Shown piece by piece: positions 51,194 to 55,202 of a stretch of DNA of 55,202 nt. The notes beneath the pieces are model-generated. The model saw only the letters and a list, made by a program, of their open reading frames with translations, was not told the origin of the DNA and ran no database searches. This DNA comes from Moniliella sp. 'wahieum' (taxonomy: Eukaryota), in contig RSEE01000026.1 in NCBI GenBank assembly GCA_003971905.1, forward strand, positions 682,001 to 737,202, read 5' to 3'. Numbering within the stretch: position 1 is the stretch's first letter; the number at the start of each line of letters is the position of its first letter. The position numbers and the translations under genes were made by a program.

Positions 51194-53908
51194 CGGTGCC
51201 AGCTCGGAATGATCGGCATGGGGGCTACTTACTAATTAGCCCGCATGTGCCGCCCGCTAACACCGCATGTGCCATGTGACATGTGACATGTGACACACGC
51301 TAACGCCCCATGCGGCAACGGATGTGACAGGGTCCTGCTGGGTGGGATAGTAACTGGGTGCGGCTGCAGCTGGTGACGCGTGACGCCAGTCTGTGATGTG
51401 TATGTATTGCCGGGGATGTGCCATGGAGGCTGGGGCGGGGAATGTTCCGTGCCGGGTGGAGCCAGAGTGCAACCGCGGTGGCATCACCGCGATGGGGCAT
51501 TGGATGTACTTGTGAGGTGGGTTACAAGACATGCGACGCCCTGTGGACGCCGCGGTTTGGTGACGAGATGTTACATGTTACGCCCGACAGGCGACCGCAT
51601 CCACGTGCGTCACCGGTTGGCGTTGAATGTTGAACGCCGGGGCTGGCCTGGAGCTGCAAAGCCACAATGGTTGCAGCTGCTGCCAAGATGCCGCGTGCCG
51701 GAGCGGGAGGGGCGGCCTCCTGCGGAGGAGGACGCAGTTGCGCAGGGTGTGCGCTCAGGTACATCGTTGGCAGCGCGCTCCCGCACGTCCCTCAGGTCCA
51801 GTGCTCAGTCTGAGCTGCCAGTGCTTAACGCCCAGCGCCCAGGCCTCAGGCCTTCAACGTTCAGGCCTTAGTTCCAGCTCGGTTGTGATTCACTGCAAAA
51901 GTGCGGCCCTGCTGTACTGCCGGGTGGGCCTGGGGGTGCAAATGCCAACTGTGTTTCGATGCATGCTCCAGATCAGGACAGTGCACACCAGTGCGCTGAG
52001 CTTGCCCTGAGCAAATATAGCCGGCCCTCCAACGCTGCTTGCGCCGTGTCCAGTCCCGACTCTTGCCTGGGTGGTGCCTGGGCGAGCGCCCAGTTGGGGA
52101 TCGGCAACGACGGTAGGCCCGTTCCTGGCCAATGCAATCACTTGCTTGCTGTTCGACGGGCGGCTGAGGGGCCTTGCGGGCTTGGGCCGTTGCTGGGTAC
52201 GCTTGTTGATGCAGATGTGTCTAACCAAGGAGCAACTTGTCATAGTGGCGACTCATGGCGGCAGCCACGGTCCCTGTCTCGATATGCTTGCGTTCTGTGT
52301 CAATTTGCGTCGCATCCTGTTTCTTACCGCCTCCACTCGGATACTTGTCTTTGCTCCAGCACTTGTTTTTTCGTCCTCCTCCGGTGTCAAGGCGTTCGAC
52401 ATGCGCCATCTGCTATGGCCTTTGCAGCGGCTAGTCTGTCTCTTCCTTGCCGTTAGGCCTGTGTTTGCTGGGGGGGGGGTGCTTTGGGTCCCACGGCGGT
52501 AGCGAAAGCCGCTCATCTTTGTTTCTTCTCCCACCACCTGATGAGCCAGCGTGCTGTTTATCCCCCGTGCCCGGTTCTTCTCCTCTGGAGCGGCGAGGGC
52601 GTCAGCCACTGCATCCGCCAATCTTTCGTCTGTGATTCTCTCCTTCTGACTCTCATTGGGTGTCGCGCTGGCCGTTGGGTCAGGTGCTGCCGGTTTGATT
52701 TATGGCCCAGCTCGATGGTGTCGCCAGGGTGTGCGCCGTGCCACTAGGCTGGAACATGCGACTTGTTTATGTTGTGGCCCGGGTGGACACGGCGATCAGG
52801 GCAACACGGAGATGGTCATTGGATCTACGTACGAGACCCCATTGTGGATGGCAGAAGAGGGGAGGGCAGGATTACGGGTGGGGGGCAGGGGGGTTGGTTT
52901 CGACCTGGGTGGGGTCATGGATCATCAGACTGGCGCCTGAACCGTGTCTGATTCTGGTCCGGGCCTGACCAGCGGACTCGGGCTGGCTCGAGCTGGGGTA
53001 GGATGTGAACACGACTGAGGTGTGGATTTGCTCGAGGGCGCTCAGCGGTCTTGGTTTGTGTTTGCAGTCGCTGGCAGGGCAGAGCCAGGAGCTGGAACCC
53101 TGATGCGCCGAGCCGTCCCAGGTTTTACCTGCATAACGATCTGTGTCAGACCAGGAAGGTGTGCTGCCACCACACGGGCGTGAAAGATGTGTTGGGGATG
53201 CAGTGTGTGGATCCGACCCATGTTCCACATCAGAGCAGGGCACACTGCGGTGAGCTTTCGTTGCGGAAACATAGCGGGCCCTCGAACGCTGCTGGCACCG
53301 TGGCCAGTGCCGAGTCTGGGCTGGGTGGTGCCTGGGCCAGGCGCTCAGTTGGGGATCGGCAACGACGGTGGGTGCGTTCCTGGGCGGGCCAGGCGGGGCG
53401 ATGGGTGCAGGGGTAACGACGGTGGTGGTCAACAGCAGACAAGGGGCGCCAGATACAGGCCAAGCGCACCGCGGCAGGCCGGCGGAAAGAAATCATCCAC
53501 CGCGCCGAGGGAGCGGTGAGGCGAGCGGTGAGCGTGTGGTTGGTGATGGTGATGGGTGCCATGTGCCGGGGCCGTGCGCAGCGTGCCGCTCGTGCCTGTT
53601 GGTCTGCCTGACCACCATCGTCCCTGGCATGCGCTCGGCCTGCTGGCGGCGTGGGCGCCGCACCTGAGCCTCGCCGCTGGCTGCCCGGGACCGCACCTGA
53701 GCCTCGCCGCTGCCCGGCACCTTCCCGCAGGGGGACGCACCCAGCCGCATGGCGCCAGCTGGCCTGGGTCTGCCCCAGCCAGCAAGCCCACTCTTTAACC
53801 CACGCATCCTTGCCCTGTCCCCCCCCCCCCTTCCCCCCCCCCTTCCCCCGCCCCTTCCCCCGCCCCCCCACCCATCGCACTGTGCTTCACGCCCAACCGC
53901 ATCCCACC

Positions 53909-55160
53909 ATGTCCACTTCTCCCATCCCCGCCCACAATCCCCGCGGCAATCCTGCCCATTCACCACGCGCCCCGTCCCCGATGCCTTCGACGCCTCCTGC
54001 CCGTCCGGCCGCTACTCCGCCGTCTGCTCAGCCCGCTCGGGCTGGTTCGCAGTCTCCCCCGCCGAGCCTCGCTCCTGCCACCTACGCTCAGGCTGCTCGG
54101 GCTGGTTCGCAGTCTCCCCCGCCGGCCTCGCTCCTGCCGCCAATTCTCAGGCTGCTCGGGCTGGTTCGCAGTCTCCCCCGCCGGGCCTCGCTCATCCTGC
54201 CCCTGCTGAGGCTGCTCCGCCCGTCCGGGTGTAGGTCCCCCCCCGGCCGTCCCTGATGCCTCCCCGGCTCAGGCTGCTCGTGCTCAGCCTCCTACTTCGG
54301 GCCCGCTGTCTCCCCCCCGCTGGCTTAGCTCCCGTTGCCCCGGGTCAGGATGCCCATACTGGTCCCCCTAGCTCGCCTGGTGGATCCAGAGTAGCTTCTT
54401 TGGGATCCAAGCCAAAGTTCCCCGGGATGGCTCAAATCAGATTCAGGTGACGATAATCCTGTCTGAGCGGCTAGACCCAATCGATCTTACCATCGATTTA
54501 AAGGAGCGCGGTGGTACGTGCCTGCCCCCCCCCCCCCCCCCTCCCTCTTCGTCCTCCTCTCGGTGCTAACTTACAGACACTTTTTCCAGGGTACCCGTGT
54601 CCTGGATGCAGTTACTCTCACCGTAACCCCAAAAGGATTCGGAACCATGCGCAAACTGCTTCGATCTCAAGTCGTTCCTTGCTGCTAGCAATTACAATAA
54701 CCCTTTGATCCACCTGCAACATGCCCTGGAAAAGGTCGGCTTGGTGTATTGTGACCGCCTGCGCCTCCTCTTCTGTAAAGCGTGTGAATCGTATGTTGCT
54801 CTCATCCCATTTGCACAGGGCCCCGACGACCGCAAAAAATGGAAGCCACGCCATCCTTACCTCGGTGCGGGGCAAAGAGGCCCGCAAACTCGTGCGTGCC
54901 ATGCCCACAAACATGCAACCACGCACACCTTCGGAGGATATGTTTCCTTTACCTCTTACGGAGCCTGTGGATAGGGTGCCTGTTCGCTCTCCCGAAAGTG
55001 CGTGCGGGAAGTGTGGGCGGTTTTTGGGTTCACGCGAGACGCAGGAAGAGCATCAACGTTCGTTCGGCCATCGATACGTCAACTTTCCATTGCCAACGCA
55101 ATATTTGGCACACGTATCAAGCGTGCCATCTTGCCTGCCGATGGTAGCATCCGGGGTTTG
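53909..55160 (+). pseudogene. Telomere-adjacent zinc-finger gene fragment (possible N-terminus of a telomere-linked RecQ helicase-type gene)
   Basis: ATG 53909, Pro/Ser/Ala-rich repeats, intron 54514..54579 (GTACGT, GCTAAC, TTCCAG) joining DLKERGG to YPCPGCSYSHRNPKRIRNH (C2H2-like), then GLVYCDRLRLLFCKACESYV...HAHKH. Frameshifted and runs into the telomere. Confidence 0.45.
54025..54215 (+). repeat. ~60-bp tandem repeat, three copies plus partial, coding AQAARAGSQSPPP-like units
   Basis: GCTCGGGCTGGTTCGCAGTCTCCCCCGCCG recurs at about 54035, 54095 and 54154. Confidence 0.88.
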
Positions 55161-55167
55161 TCTAACC

Positions 55168-55202
55168 TTAGGGGGGTTAGGGTTAGGGTTAGGGTTAGGG
55201 TT
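55168..55202 (+). repeat. Telomeric repeat (TTAGGG)n, chromosome end
   Basis: TTAGGGGGG followed by four TTAGGG and TT at the window end; G-rich strand runs 5'->3' toward the end. Confidence 0.92.

Overview
Eukaryotic, GC-rich fungal DNA, most consistent with a basidiomycete, probably Ustilaginomycotina-like (inferred from gene content, short GT-AG introns with CTAAC/CTGAC branch points and TTAGGG repeats). The window is the right end of a chromosome and finishes in (TTAGGG)n. Gene order: kelch-repeat protein (partial), ATP18, RFC2, intron-containing tRNA-Met, HTS1, secreted RlpA/expansin-like protein, a ~4 kb gene-free interval, FOL1, a Ser/Pro-rich hypothetical protein, an apparent cystathionine beta-lyase/mevalonate kinase fusion, a CRE-clade retrotransposon relic, an OPT transporter with an in-frame stop, TIM10, SEC27, CLF1, GIR2, a mitochondrial PDK/BCKDK-family kinase, a young 1.4 kb non-autonomous LTR element with a 5-bp TSD upstream of a PDR-type ABC transporter, and a ~5.5 kb subtelomere ending in a zinc-finger gene apparently cut by the telomere. 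Nearly every long gene, including essential ones, has single-base frameshifts, which points to unpolished long-read assembly errors, so some gene ends are approximate. The most unusual signal is a shared 7-bp repeat grammar in intergenic DNA: (6-bp palindrome A-xxxx-T + 1 spacer base)n, seen with about ten different palindromic cores. All family assignments come from motif recognition by eye; no database searches were run.
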